A DNA stretch of 64,000 nt from an uncultured delta proteobacterium (GTDB taxonomy: Bacteria; Myxococcota_A; Polyangia; Haliangiales; Haliangiaceae), in contig CAWKDB010000002.1 in assembly GCA_963848295.1 (NCBI GenBank), forward strand, positions 928,001 to 992,000. Direction: 5' to 3'. Below, piece after piece: positions 12,854-22,615 of this stretch; the first letter of the stretch is position 1; each line of letters begins with the position of its first letter. The position numbers and the translations under genes are program-made. The notes beneath the pieces are model-generated. The model was not told where the DNA came from. It saw nothing but the letters and a program-made list of their open reading frames with translations, and made no database searches.

Positions 12854-13480
12854 ATGACCCGAAACCCTAATGTCTCGCTGTCCATCGCCGAGCCGATCAA
12901 GGTCGCTCTGTTGACCGATGATCCGTTGCTTCGCGCCGGGCTGTCGAGCTTGCTCGCCCAAGTTGGTTCGATCGACGTCGTCGACCGCGACGCGGCAGAA
13001 GTCGCGCTGTGGGACGCCGGGGTCGACGCCGACAAGACGCTCGCCCGACTCGGCGAGCTCCGCACGCTCGAAATCCCCGCGGTCGCGGTCGTCCGCGATC
13101 CTGCTCATGTCGGTCCTGCCCTCGCGGCCGGTGCGCGCGGGGTCGTGATGCGCGATCAAGTCGGGCCGGGGATCCGCGCGGCGCTCGCTGCGGTGCGCAG
13201 CGGGTTGACCGTGATGGACTCCGAGCTCGCCGTCACGCTGCTCCCTGTCCCGCCGGTGCGCGAGCACACGCCGAAAGGTCGCGGCGAGCTGACCGAGCGC
13301 GAGAAGCAGGTCGTGCAGCTGCTGTCGGAAGGCCTGTCGAACAAGCTGATCGCGGATCGGCTCGGGATCAGCGACCACACCGCGAAGTTCCACGTCAACG
13401 GCGTGATGATGAAGCTCGGCTCTTCGACCCGGACCGAGGCGGTGGTCGAAGCCGTCCGCCGCGGCCTGATCCGACTGTAA
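12854..13480 (+). CDS. NarL/LuxR-family response regulator
   Basis: LTEREKQVVQLLSEGLSNKLIADRLGISDHTAKFHV HTH; N-terminal receiver-like domain. Confidence 0.9.
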   Translation: MTRNPNVSLSIAEPIKVALLTDDPLLRAGLSSLLAQVGSIDVVDRDAAEVALWDAGVDADKTLARLGELRTLEIPAVAVVRDPAHVGPALAAGARGVVMRDQVGPGIRAALAAVRSGLTVMDSELAVTLLPVPPVREHTPKGRGELTEREKQVVQLLSEGLSNKLIADRLGISDHTAKFHVNGVMMKLGSSTRTEAVVEAVRRGLIRL

Positions 13481-13832
13481 ACGTCGGCCGCCAGCCATAC
13501 ACGTCGAGCGCGATCAGCCCCCGGTCGCCGACCTCGACGCCCTCGCGCTCGAGTAGCTCGCGCTGGATCGCCGCGCCGACTGGATCGTGAATCGCGATCC
13601 GGCCGCGTCGCGTGCCGGCTTTGCCAATCACGCGCTGCCACGGCACCCCGGGCGCACGATGGCTGTTCTTGAGCGATGCGCCGGCGATCCGGCCACCGCG
13701 CGGGATGCCCGCGAGCTCGGCCAGCTCGCCGTAGGTCACGACCCGTCCGCGCGGGATCTTCCGCGCGACCGCGTAGATCCGCACGAACAACTCGTGCAGG
13801 TGACTCGCAGACTCGCTTGCCGCCATTGCCAT
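13395..13832 (-). CDS. Alkyltransferase-like (ATL/MGMT family) protein
   Basis: IPRGRVVTYGELA...VPWQRV (Trp in place of the active Cys); start approximate. Confidence 0.8.
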   Translation of the reverse strand: MAMAASESASHLHELFVRIYAVARKIPRGRVVTYGELAELAGIPRGGRIAGASLKNSHRAPGVPWQRVIGKAGTRRGRIAIHDPVGAAIQRELLEREGVEVGDRGLIALDVYGWRPTFTVGSGRGGRLRPPPRSGSKSRASSSRR

Positions 13833-13854
13833 CGCCACGCTACGACAACGGCTG

Positions 13855-14112
13855 ATGCGGATCCAGGTGCTGTACTTCGCGGTGTTGCGCGAGCGCATCG
13901 GCAAGAGCGACGAGTCGCTCGAGCTGCCCGCCGGTGCGAGCGCCGGCGATGCGGTCGCGGTACTGACCGCGCGGTATCCAGCGATCGCCGCGCTGCAGGG
14001 CCGATTCCGTGTCGCGGTCGGCCGCGCGTTCGTCGCCGATCCGAATCGCCACTTACTCGCCGAGGGCGACGAGCTCGCCGTGATCCCGCCGGTCGCGGGC
14101 GGTGCGGCGTGA
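13855..14112 (+). CDS. moaD: Molybdopterin synthase sulfur carrier subunit
   Basis: MRIQVLYFA.LRE..G...GDELAVIPPVAGG(AA). Confidence 0.88.
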   Translation: MRIQVLYFAVLRERIGKSDESLELPAGASAGDAVAVLTARYPAIAALQGRFRVAVGRAFVADPNRHLLAEGDELAVIPPVAGGAA

Positions 14113-14531
14113 TCGCGCATCATGTCGCGCTACTCGCCGAGCCGCTGTCGGTCGACCGCTGCATCGCCGCGGTGCGAGGGCCGGAGATCGGCGGCATCGC
14201 GATGTTCGTCGGCACGGTGCGTCGCCACAACCGCGGCGCGACGATCGAGCGGCTCGAGTACGAGGCCTACGCCGCGATGGCGACGCTGGTGATGACCGAG
14301 CTATGCGCCGAGGTCGAAGCCGAGATCCCGGAGTGTCAGGTCGCGATCGAGCATCGCATCGGCAGCCTCGAGATCGGTGACATCGCGGTGATCGTCGCCG
14401 CCGGCGCGCCGCATCGCGCCGAGGCGTTCGCCGCATGTCGCGCGCTGATCGATCGGCTCAAAGAGCGCGTCCCGATCTGGAAGAAGGAATTCGGCGACGC
14501 CGGCGAACAGTGGATCGGCCTAGGCCCATAG
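14109..14531 (+). CDS. moaE: Molybdopterin synthase catalytic subunit
   Basis: F.GTVR, LEYEAY, HRIG.L, HRAEAF, LKERVPIWKKE; GTGA overlap with moaD. Confidence 0.92.
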   Translation: MIAHHVALLAEPLSVDRCIAAVRGPEIGGIAMFVGTVRRHNRGATIERLEYEAYAAMATLVMTELCAEVEAEIPECQVAIEHRIGSLEIGDIAVIVAAGAPHRAEAFAACRALIDRLKERVPIWKKEFGDAGEQWIGLGP

Positions 14532-14543
14532 CCGGCGCGAGCG

Positions 14544-15062
14544 CTACCAGCTCGCGGTCGCCACGATCGCGGGCGCGAGCTGACCTTGGGGCGACTCCGC
14601 GACGCCGAGCCCGAGCTTCAGGTAACGGTTGTATTCGCTGATGTGGAGGTTGCCGACGATCAAGACGCCGAGGCGGGTCGTGGCGTAGAGGCCGATCGCG
14701 GTCCAGCCGAGGATCGAGCGCGTCCTCGACGACAGCGATCCGTCGGTCGCGAGCGCGGTGATCCCCAAGCCTGCCGGCACGAGACCGCCGAGGATCCAAT
14801 CGAACACGACCGCCGACGGGCGGACTCCACCGAAGACCTTGTGGTCGAGCTCGTAGCTCCCGTAGATCGGGATCAATGCGCCGAGGCTCAGCGTGGCTCG
14901 ATCCGCCTGCAGCGCCTTCCGCGCATCGGGATCGAGCGTGGCGGCGTCGATGTGCCCGAGCATCGCGTCGATGTGCGCGTGGATCGCCTCGTTGTTCGCG
15001 AGGTCGGCCGCCGCGGTCCGCGATGCGACCAAGCATCCGACCATGACCGCGGACCGGATCAC
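14544..15062 (-). CDS. Hypothetical exported/membrane protein
   Basis: Signal-like N-terminus, hydrophobic segments; GTG start overlaps the kinase stop. Confidence 0.55.
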   Translation of the reverse strand: MIRSAVMVGCLVASRTAAADLANNEAIHAHIDAMLGHIDAATLDPDARKALQADRATLSLGALIPIYGSYELDHKVFGGVRPSAVVFDWILGGLVPAGLGITALATDGSLSSRTRSILGWTAIGLYATTRLGVLIVGNLHISEYNRYLKLGLGVAESPQGQLAPAIVATASW

Positions 15063-16900
15063 GGCGTGACCGTAGAGGCGGGCAACAGCTGGCGCAAGTG
15101 CCAAGCCTGGATCTCGACCTGGCGCTGCGCGTCGCGGCGCGATCGCGCGAGCACATTCGCGAACAGACCGATGACCGCGATCGTGAGCACGTTCGCGCCG
15201 ATCAGGAGCCCCTTGGTCCAGGTCCCGCCGATCGTGATCATCGTCGACACCGAGGTGACCTCGCCGTCGCCGACCCGCCAGGTCGACTCGAGAATACCGG
15301 CGCTCTCCAGCGCCACCGGCACGACCCAGCTGACGACGAGGATCGCGAGCACCAGCTTCGCGCGATCGATGAGTTGTGGATAGGACGTGAGCGACACCGC
15401 CATCACGCAGGTCACCGCCGGCGCGATGATGAGCGAGCCGAACGACCGCGAAAGGAGCGCGGCGAGCATCGCATTCCCGACGAGTACCGCGATCATTTCG
15501 CTCGGCAGCGCGCGTCGTCGCGACAATCCGAACGCGGCCGCGGCCATCACGGCGGTCAGCGTCGCCACGACGGTCATCGTTCCGACGTTGCGCAGACCGT
15601 TCCAGGAGGCCATCACCAAGAACGCGCCGATGGCAACGAACGACAGCGTCGCGACCCGCGACTGCCGGCGCTGCACCGCGACCTCCGAGCTCGCGAGTGC
15701 TTGCTCGAGCTCGGTGGGGAGCTGCTTCGTGGGCTCGAGGATCAGGTGCGCGAAGAAGGCCGCAGCGTCGCCGGAGTCGGGGTCGAGCGCGAGCGCGCGC
15801 CCGGCGTTCTGCAGTGCCTCGACCCGGCGACCGACCGCGTCCTCGGCGAGCGCGGCGCGCGCCTTCAGGAGCCAGTCCGCAGACAGCTCGCGTCGCCGGT
15901 CGAGATCGCGGTCGCCATCGAGATACTGCTCGACGCGATTCGCGAGCTCGTTCGCGCTCGGACGCTTCGCTAGATCGAGCGCGAGGGCCGAGGCGCACAG
16001 CTGGTCGAGCTCCGGGGGGATCGAGCGATCCGGTTGGCGCTTCGCAGGAAGCGGATCGACTCCGGCGAGCGTCGACATCAGCGCCGCGGTGCCGCGAGGA
16101 TGGAGCGGTTCGCCGGCGAGGATCTCGAACAACATCGCACCGAGCGCGTAGACGTCGGCCGGCGGGCCAACGCCGGACATCCCACGTACCTGTTCGGGAG
16201 CCATGTAGCCTGGCGTGCCGAGCACCGCTCCGACTTGCGTCGCGCCATCGAGTGATTCGATATCGGCGGCGACGGAACCGATGTCGGCCTCGCCCACGAC
16301 CTTCGCGAGCCCCCAGTCGAGCACGTAGACCTCGCCGAAATCGCCGAGCATGATGTTCGCGGGCTTGAGGTCGCGGTGAACGACGCCGTGCGAATGCGCG
16401 AACTCCACGGCGTTGCAGACGTCGGCGAACGCGCGCAGCAGCCGCTGTCGCGGCGGAGGCGGCTGGGCCGCGAGGAGCTCGGATAGGGTGACACCGGCGA
16501 GCCGCTTCATCGTGAAGAACGGATGGCCGTCCGCGTCGCGACCGAGCTCGTGGACCGGGACGATCGCCGGGTGCTCGAGGCGGGCCTGGATGCGAGCCTC
16601 GCGCAGGAAGCGCGAGACGGCATCCGCGGTCGGGGCGGTGCCGCGCATCCGCTTGACCGCGACGTCGCGCCCGATCCGCTCGTCGTGTGCGAGCACCACC
16701 TCACCCATTCCGCCGCGACCGATCACGTCCGCGAGCACGTAGCCGGGGAGCGTGCGCTGGTGCGCTGTGGCCGGATCGGACGCCTCCGCGGTGATCGTGG
16801 CCTCGTAACCGGCTGATGGACCGATTACCGTCGGGGTTAGCGCCGGATCGGAACCGGCTAGCGGTGGCGACGGGTTGGGTGGCCGGTCGATCGGCTTCAT
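15059..16900 (-). CDS. Ser/Thr protein kinase with C-terminal multi-TM region
   Basis: GRGGMG, VAVK, HRDLKPAN, DWG, GTPGYMAPE. Confidence 0.92.
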   Translation of the reverse strand: MKPIDRPPNPSPPLAGSDPALTPTVIGPSAGYEATITAEASDPATAHQRTLPGYVLADVIGRGGMGEVVLAHDERIGRDVAVKRMRGTAPTADAVSRFLREARIQARLEHPAIVPVHELGRDADGHPFFTMKRLAGVTLSELLAAQPPPPRQRLLRAFADVCNAVEFAHSHGVVHRDLKPANIMLGDFGEVYVLDWGLAKVVGEADIGSVAADIESLDGATQVGAVLGTPGYMAPEQVRGMSGVGPPADVYALGAMLFEILAGEPLHPRGTAALMSTLAGVDPLPAKRQPDRSIPPELDQLCASALALDLAKRPSANELANRVEQYLDGDRDLDRRRELSADWLLKARAALAEDAVGRRVEALQNAGRALALDPDSGDAAAFFAHLILEPTKQLPTELEQALASSEVAVQRRQSRVATLSFVAIGAFLVMASWNGLRNVGTMTVVATLTAVMAAAAFGLSRRRALPSEMIAVLVGNAMLAALLSRSFGSLIIAPAVTCVMAVSLTSYPQLIDRAKLVLAILVVSWVVPVALESAGILESTWRVGDGEVTSVSTMITIGGTWTKGLLIGANVLTIAVIGLFANVLARSRRDAQRQVEIQAWHLRQLLPASTVTP

Positions 16901-16958
16901 GGCCCGCGATCGTACGCGCTTCGCGAGCGACCCGCACCGCATCGGATTCGGGTGTGGG

Positions 16959-18260
16959 CTACTGGGCGGGTTGCGCCGGCTCGGGCACGGCCGATCCGGG
17001 CTCGGCAGATCCTTCCGCAGCGGGTGGCGCTGCGGCGGTCGGCGGCGGATTGATCGGGGTCACCGCAGTCGGCGACGGCGGCGGTGGAGGCGCGGTCGGT
17101 TGGATCGCTCGCTCGATCGGCGGGTGCTCTTCGCCGGTCATGGCCGGCGGGGGCGGCGGCGGTGGCATCGGCGCCGGAGCGAGGCGCGGCGGCGCGTGAT
17201 GCAACACGGGCGCGACGGTGGGGGCGCTGCCGGCGCTGCACTGCTGGTCGAGCCGCTTCATGTCGCGCCACGTGCCGGCGAGCTTGATATGAAACAACCC
17301 GTCGGAGCGAATCTCGGCGCCCGACGCCTGCAGCGCCGCGAGCGTCTTGGGCTCCCGCTTGCCGAGCGCCTCGGAGCCCTTGAACCGCAAGCAGCCGTTG
17401 ACCGTCGATTCACCGAACACTTGCGCGAGCGTCATCGCGAGATCGACGTGGACCTCACCGTCGTTCGACTTCGCTTCGAACTTCGACAGGTCGAGCTTGC
17501 CATCCTTGATCTCGAGCTTCGCGGCGAGCGAGTCGATCTTGATCGTGCCGAAATCGATGCCGTCGCCGACCATCGCCTGCGTCCGCGTGTTCTTGATGAT
17601 CGGCTTGAGCTTCGCCTTGCCGTCGCCGATCGTGCAGCCACTCGGGCATCCCACGTCGATGTCGGCGTCGAGCTTTCTCCAGTTGATCGCCGGGCGGCCG
17701 TTCTCGAACGGCAGATCGATCGTCGCGGACACGTCGACCTTGCCCGACATCGGCAAACCGATCGCGCTGCGCAGCGGCAGGCTGCCTCCGGGGATGCCCT
17801 CGCCGTCGAGCTTCATCGAGACGCCGTCGCGCATGAAGTGGCGCAGCGTTACGTTGCCGCTGAGCTCGCCGGTCGCGATCTCGGCGTCGATGTTGATCGA
17901 GACGTTCTTGCTGATCAGGGCGAGCAACCCGACATCGAGCTTCACGCGATTGAACGTGAACAGCAGCGGCGTTTCGCCGGGCTTGGTCGGTCGCGTCCGG
18001 ATCTGCAGGTTGTTGATATAGATCCGCCCGGGCACCCAGCCGCGCTCGACGGGCGCTTCGTACGTGATGTCGAAGCTCGACGACATCGCCTCGATGCCCT
18101 TCTTGAGCGCGCGGTCGTACGGCGCGGTCGCTTGGAGCGCGAACAGGAACGTCACGAGCGCCAGCACGATGTAGGCGCCTAGTCGCGCCATCCGCCGCGG
18201 GTCTTTGATGAACGCGAAGACCGATCGTGCGACGGAGCTGGCGACGTCGGCGGCCTTCAT
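16959..18260 (-). CDS. gspN: Type II secretion protein N (myxobacterial type)
   Basis: Last gene of the gsp operon; N-terminal TM followed by PYD; Pro-rich tail. Confidence 0.75.
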   Translation of the reverse strand: MKAADVASSVARSVFAFIKDPRRMARLGAYIVLALVTFLFALQATAPYDRALKKGIEAMSSSFDITYEAPVERGWVPGRIYINNLQIRTRPTKPGETPLLFTFNRVKLDVGLLALISKNVSINIDAEIATGELSGNVTLRHFMRDGVSMKLDGEGIPGGSLPLRSAIGLPMSGKVDVSATIDLPFENGRPAINWRKLDADIDVGCPSGCTIGDGKAKLKPIIKNTRTQAMVGDGIDFGTIKIDSLAAKLEIKDGKLDLSKFEAKSNDGEVHVDLAMTLAQVFGESTVNGCLRFKGSEALGKREPKTLAALQASGAEIRSDGLFHIKLAGTWRDMKRLDQQCSAGSAPTVAPVLHHAPPRLAPAPMPPPPPPPAMTGEEHPPIERAIQPTAPPPPPSPTAVTPINPPPTAAAPPAAEGSAEPGSAVPEPAQPAQ

Positions 18261-18853
18261 GGTGATGCCTTCGTGTCGGCCGAGCCAGTCGCGCTGCCAC
18301 CGCTACCGCTGCCATCGGCTTTCTTCACCAGCGGCTTCGAGTAGGTCGAGACCTCGAGCGAGGCGCCTAGCTTGTCGTCGTTGTAGTCCTTGTGGATCTC
18401 GAGGCGGGTCACGGCGACGATCTTCTGGGCTTCGACTTCCTGAAGGAAGTCTTTGAGCTGCGGGAGCGTGATCCTATCGAGCGCGAGCGAGACCGAGGTC
18501 GTCACCGTGTCGCCGCGCGGTTGGTCCGGGCGAGGCGTCGTGCCCTTGAGCTGGAAACCCGCTTTCGTCGCCGCCTTGTCGAGGTAGCTCTCGAGCGGCA
18601 ACGGATCGGCCGGCAACACGACGTCGTCGATCGGTGGCGGCACCGCACCGCGAGCGTGCAGGTCGTCGACGATCTTGAGCGCCGCGCGAATGTCGTCGTT
18701 GTGCGCTTCGCGCGCGTCGAGGCCGTCGCTGATCGCAAACGCGAGCCACAGCGCGAGCGTGACAGGCACCGCGATCGCCGCGATCACCACGAGCATGCGC
18801 TCGCGTGGCGAGATCCGGTCCCAGAAGTTTCGTGCGCTATCGGAGATCGCCAT
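18257..18853 (-). CDS. gspM: Type II secretion protein M
   Basis: W..ISPRER followed by a TM; operon position. Confidence 0.75.
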   Translation of the reverse strand: MAISDSARNFWDRISPRERMLVVIAAIAVPVTLALWLAFAISDGLDAREAHNDDIRAALKIVDDLHARGAVPPPIDDVVLPADPLPLESYLDKAATKAGFQLKGTTPRPDQPRGDTVTTSVSLALDRITLPQLKDFLQEVEAQKIVAVTRLEIHKDYNDDKLGASLEVSTYSKPLVKKADGSGSGGSATGSADTKASP

Positions 18854-18859
18854 GGGTCC

Positions 18860-20563
18860 TCACATGCAGTCTGCTTTGATGGTGATCTCGAACGTCTTGA
18901 CCGATTCCTTCGTGCCGTTCGCGCGCACGACGTCCTTGGTGCCTTGCGCGCCGCGCGTGATCGCCTTGAAACACTCGACGTCTTTGAGCTTGGTCGAGAT
19001 CAACACGATCTCGTCCGACGTCTTCGTCGTGCCCGAGAACTTTACCTGGTCGGGCTCGATCACGATGTTCTCGATATCGATCGTGGCCTTGTCCCGGCCG
19101 GGGAGATGCTCGGACAGCTCGAGCAGCACGTCGTACGCGGTGAGCTTCGGGATCGGCGAGCCGTTGGTCAGCGACGCCGAACCGCCGCTGGTCTTGGTCG
19201 TGCCGAGGATCTCGTCGGCCGTCTTCGCTTTGTTGAACACGAGCGCCGATTCGATCGCGAGCCGGTTCGCGAGCACCGTGCCCGCCTTGTCGAGGCGATA
19301 CAGATTCGCGCGCGCGCTCCCCGCCGCGAAAGCGGAGATCGCGAGCACCGCGACGCCGAGCGGCACCGCCTTGGCGCGCAGGAACGTCAGGTCTACGCTC
19401 ACCGCGAGCGAACCGGATCGCAGATCGAACATCGGCCGACCGCCGGCAGCGTCGTACGCCATCCCGACGGTCATCGCCGCCGAATCGATCGGCATCGGCG
19501 CGACGGCGTTTGCGGTCGCGAGCTTCGGGCCGGCGAGCGCGGCGATATCGTCCGGGGTCAGCCGCCAGGCCGGCACCGCGAGTTGTTCACCGAGGAACGA
19601 CGCGATGCCGCGCAGCCGCGAACCGCCGCCGACGAGCAGCACCGCGAGCGCGGTAAATCCCGTGCGAGCGCGACAGGCCGCGAGCGTCTGGCGCAGATCG
19701 CGCGCGAAGGGCGACAGCTCCGCGACCGTGACCTCGTGAATCCGAGCCCACGCATCCGAGGTCGCGGGCTCGGCATGCGACGCGACGAACCCTTCGGCGT
19801 GCTTCGCGCGCTCGGCATCCTCGAATGACTTCTTCCAGTGCCGTGCGATCGCCTCGGTGACGTCCTTGCCGGCACGCGCGATGCTGCGGCTGAACACCGC
19901 CTTGCCGGCCGCGACCACGACCACGTCGGTGCGATCGTGGCCGATGTCGACGACCGCCACCGCGCCGTCTTGCCGCGCGCGCGCGAGCGACGGCGTGCGC
20001 TCGACGAGCCGGACCGCAGCACCGCCCACCGGCAGCACGCCGCGCATATCGAAGCCGCATTGCTTGCCGACATCGATCAGCTGCTGCGCCCGCTCGCGCG
20101 TCATCGCGTAGCTGAGCACGCGCATGCCTTCGAGCGGGGCGGCGACTCGGCCATGCCGCAGCTCGGGCGGCGCGTCCGGCGACGGCACCGCGGCAGCGGG
20201 CGCCGGCGGCAACGGCTCGAAGCAATAGACCATGTCTTCGAGATCGACGGGCACGACGCCCTCGAGCTCACCGCCGACCGCCTTGTCGAGCTCGGCGCGA
20301 CGCAGGCTCTTGAACCCGAACTCCAGGATCTGGGTGAACACCTGGTCGCCGTAGACACCGATGTAGCCGCCATCGCCGCGCAACCTCTTCTCGTCGATCA
20401 GCTGCGCGAGGACGCGCCGCGCGCGGACCTCGGCCGGTTCGTCGCCCGGTGGGACGAGGCGCTCGACGACCTCGGTCAGCGTGGCGCCGCGCAGGCCAGG
20501 GCTGGCGATCGCGAGCTTCACGCTCCACGCACCGAGATCGATCGCGAACAATCGTGACGCCAT
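18860..20563 (-). CDS. gspL: Type II secretion protein L (PilM/actin-like fold)
   Basis: AIDLGAWSVK, VVDIGHDRT, LVGGGSRLRG, then a TM. Confidence 0.8.
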   Translation of the reverse strand: MASRLFAIDLGAWSVKLAIASPGLRGATLTEVVERLVPPGDEPAEVRARRVLAQLIDEKRLRGDGGYIGVYGDQVFTQILEFGFKSLRRAELDKAVGGELEGVVPVDLEDMVYCFEPLPPAPAAAVPSPDAPPELRHGRVAAPLEGMRVLSYAMTRERAQQLIDVGKQCGFDMRGVLPVGGAAVRLVERTPSLARARQDGAVAVVDIGHDRTDVVVVAAGKAVFSRSIARAGKDVTEAIARHWKKSFEDAERAKHAEGFVASHAEPATSDAWARIHEVTVAELSPFARDLRQTLAACRARTGFTALAVLLVGGGSRLRGIASFLGEQLAVPAWRLTPDDIAALAGPKLATANAVAPMPIDSAAMTVGMAYDAAGGRPMFDLRSGSLAVSVDLTFLRAKAVPLGVAVLAISAFAAGSARANLYRLDKAGTVLANRLAIESALVFNKAKTADEILGTTKTSGGSASLTNGSPIPKLTAYDVLLELSEHLPGRDKATIDIENIVIEPDQVKFSGTTKTSDEIVLISTKLKDVECFKAITRGAQGTKDVVRANGTKESVKTFEITIKADCM

Positions 20564-20564
20564 A

Positions 20565-21923
20565 TCAGTCTTCCCTCAAGAACACCCAGGCGCCGTTCGG
20601 CACTGGGGTCTTCCTGGCGTTCTGTGGCACCACTTTGGTGTCCCACACGCCGGTGATCGTGCTGCGGATCGGCGGATACACGGGCGAACCGTCCTTCTTG
20701 AGCTGCTTGCGATCGACTTGGCCATACGCCTGGATCCGATAGGTCCGGCGCGGACCGGTCGTCGCGATCTGCGTGAGCTTGCCCTTGTCGAGCTCGAGCC
20801 CGACCTTGTCGCCACCCGCGAGGCCGGGAAGGCCCTGCGCGACCGCCGCACTCGCCGCGCTACCCGCCATCGTGCCCGACTGCGAAGCGAGCGCGCTCAC
20901 CGTCGCCGACGGATCCTTCACGAACGTGATGAAGTCGTCGAGACTCAAGAACGATTCGCCGAAGTTCTTCGCCTTGGCGACCTCGCCCGCGAGCAAGAAT
21001 AGTCGCCGCTGATCGAGGATCACCGGGTCGTTCGGGTTCTTCGCCGCGAGGAACAAGATCGCCGCGATCAATTGCACGTTCGATGCGGTCGACAAGTTGA
21101 CCCGGCAGCCGCCGTAGACGGTGAACGCGCTGCCGAACAGCTGCCAGAACCGATCGTCGACGCCTCGCGCGAGCTTGATCTCGCCGACCGAATCGAGGTA
21201 GTAGCCGTTGCCGGGCGACTGATTGTTCGGGGCCGGGGCGATCTTCGGGTAGTAGGGGTCCTTGAGCGTGTCGTAGCCGTAGTCCTCGGTGGTGCCGCGG
21301 TCGCGCAGGTGCATCCCGTCGGAGTCGATGAAGTCGATGATCGCCGCGGACTGCGTCGCGCGATCGCGGTGATAGCCTTCGGCGTCGTTGTCGTCGAACA
21401 CCGGGTCGTAGGCGTTGAAGAACATCATCGCGTCGAGCGCGGCCTTGATCGTCGCCCACGACGCCGTGTTCGCGCAGTTGAGGTTGATCTTGTCGTCATC
21501 GGTCATGATCGCGCCGGTGCCGCACGTGCCGATGTCAGCGCCGAAGCCCTTGCCCAAGAACGCGAGCGGCCCGATCGCGGCGACGACCTCCTCGGGGCTA
21601 CCGCAGAACGGCAGCATCAGCTGATCGGCGTAGTCGGTGATCTGGAACAGGCCGCGCATCGCTTTGACGTTGTCGAGGCGCTGCTGGATCCGGATCACGA
21701 GCTCGCCGAAGTTGAGCGCCGACCGTGCCAGGAAGTCCGCGCGCATCTGATCGCGATAGTTGGCCGCGGCGATCACGTCGGTGCCGGTCGACGAGCCGAA
21801 GTCGTTCGAGATCACCAGGATGATCGCGATCACGACCATCACCATCACGATCGCCATGCCGCGGCGCCGCCGCCGGCGGACCGGCGGGCGCGAGCGCGAA
21901 GTGGAGGGGGTTGGTTCGGTCAT
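20565..21923 (-). CDS. gspK: Minor pseudopilin K
   Basis: RRRG-MAIVMV prepilin site, KINLN, AIIDFID.D, RVNL. Confidence 0.85.
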   Translation of the reverse strand: MTEPTPSTSRSRPPVRRRRRRGMAIVMVMVVIAIILVISNDFGSSTGTDVIAAANYRDQMRADFLARSALNFGELVIRIQQRLDNVKAMRGLFQITDYADQLMLPFCGSPEEVVAAIGPLAFLGKGFGADIGTCGTGAIMTDDDKINLNCANTASWATIKAALDAMMFFNAYDPVFDDNDAEGYHRDRATQSAAIIDFIDSDGMHLRDRGTTEDYGYDTLKDPYYPKIAPAPNNQSPGNGYYLDSVGEIKLARGVDDRFWQLFGSAFTVYGGCRVNLSTASNVQLIAAILFLAAKNPNDPVILDQRRLFLLAGEVAKAKNFGESFLSLDDFITFVKDPSATVSALASQSGTMAGSAASAAVAQGLPGLAGGDKVGLELDKGKLTQIATTGPRRTYRIQAYGQVDRKQLKKDGSPVYPPIRSTITGVWDTKVVPQNARKTPVPNGAWVFLRED

Positions 21924-21928
21924 GGCGA

Positions 21929-22615
21929 TCAGGTCGGGGAGAAGTTGAGCGCCTCCTGCATCAGGATGCGCGCCTGGGTCGTGTACTTGATCTCCTTGTC
22001 GTCGGCGCCCTTGATCGTGACGGTGATCCGGACGCGCAGCGGCAGCTCGCCGCGCTGGCCGTCGGACTGGGTCGTGTCCCACGTGTCCTGCCACTCGAGG
22101 TTGCGCCAGTTCCAGAACTCGAACTTGACCGCGCGGACGTCGTGCACGAGCACGTCGTACTCGCTCGGCTCCTCCTCGGGCGGCCGGTTCGACTCGCGGC
22201 GTTGCTCGCGGCGGATCCAATCGGAGACGCCGGGGTGGTCCGGATCGTTTCGCGACAGATACTGGATGACGGTCTGCTCGGACTCGTTCGCGTCGGCCCA
22301 CAGCACGCGGTGACCGAGCGTCGAGAAGCGGATCGCCGGCACGACGTCGCCCGGTCGCGCGATCATCATCGTCCGCGGGTGGCTCTGCGTCATGTCCTCG
22401 TTCCGCGACAGATACGCGGCCTGAAAGTCGGCGACCACCCGCCCCATCGCCTGGCGGACTTCGTGGTTGCGCTCCTCGAAGTCTTCGAACCGTTTGCGCG
22501 CGTTCGCGGTGTTCGTGATCGTGCCCCACGCGAGCGTCATCATCAGCGCCATGATCGCGGTCGAGATCATGACCTCGAGCAACGTCAAGCCGGCGTGCGG
22601 GCGGCGGACCGTCAA
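21929..22615 (-). CDS. gspJ: Minor pseudopilin J
   Basis: GLTLLEV prepilin motif; W.DTWD...LP.RVRIT. Confidence 0.85.
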   Translation of the reverse strand: MTVRRPHAGLTLLEVMISTAIMALMMTLAWGTITNTANARKRFEDFEERNHEVRQAMGRVVADFQAAYLSRNEDMTQSHPRTMMIARPGDVVPAIRFSTLGHRVLWADANESEQTVIQYLSRNDPDHPGVSDWIRREQRRESNRPPEEEPSEYDVLVHDVRAVKFEFWNWRNLEWQDTWDTTQSDGQRGELPLRVRITVTIKGADDKEIKYTTQARILMQEALNFSPT

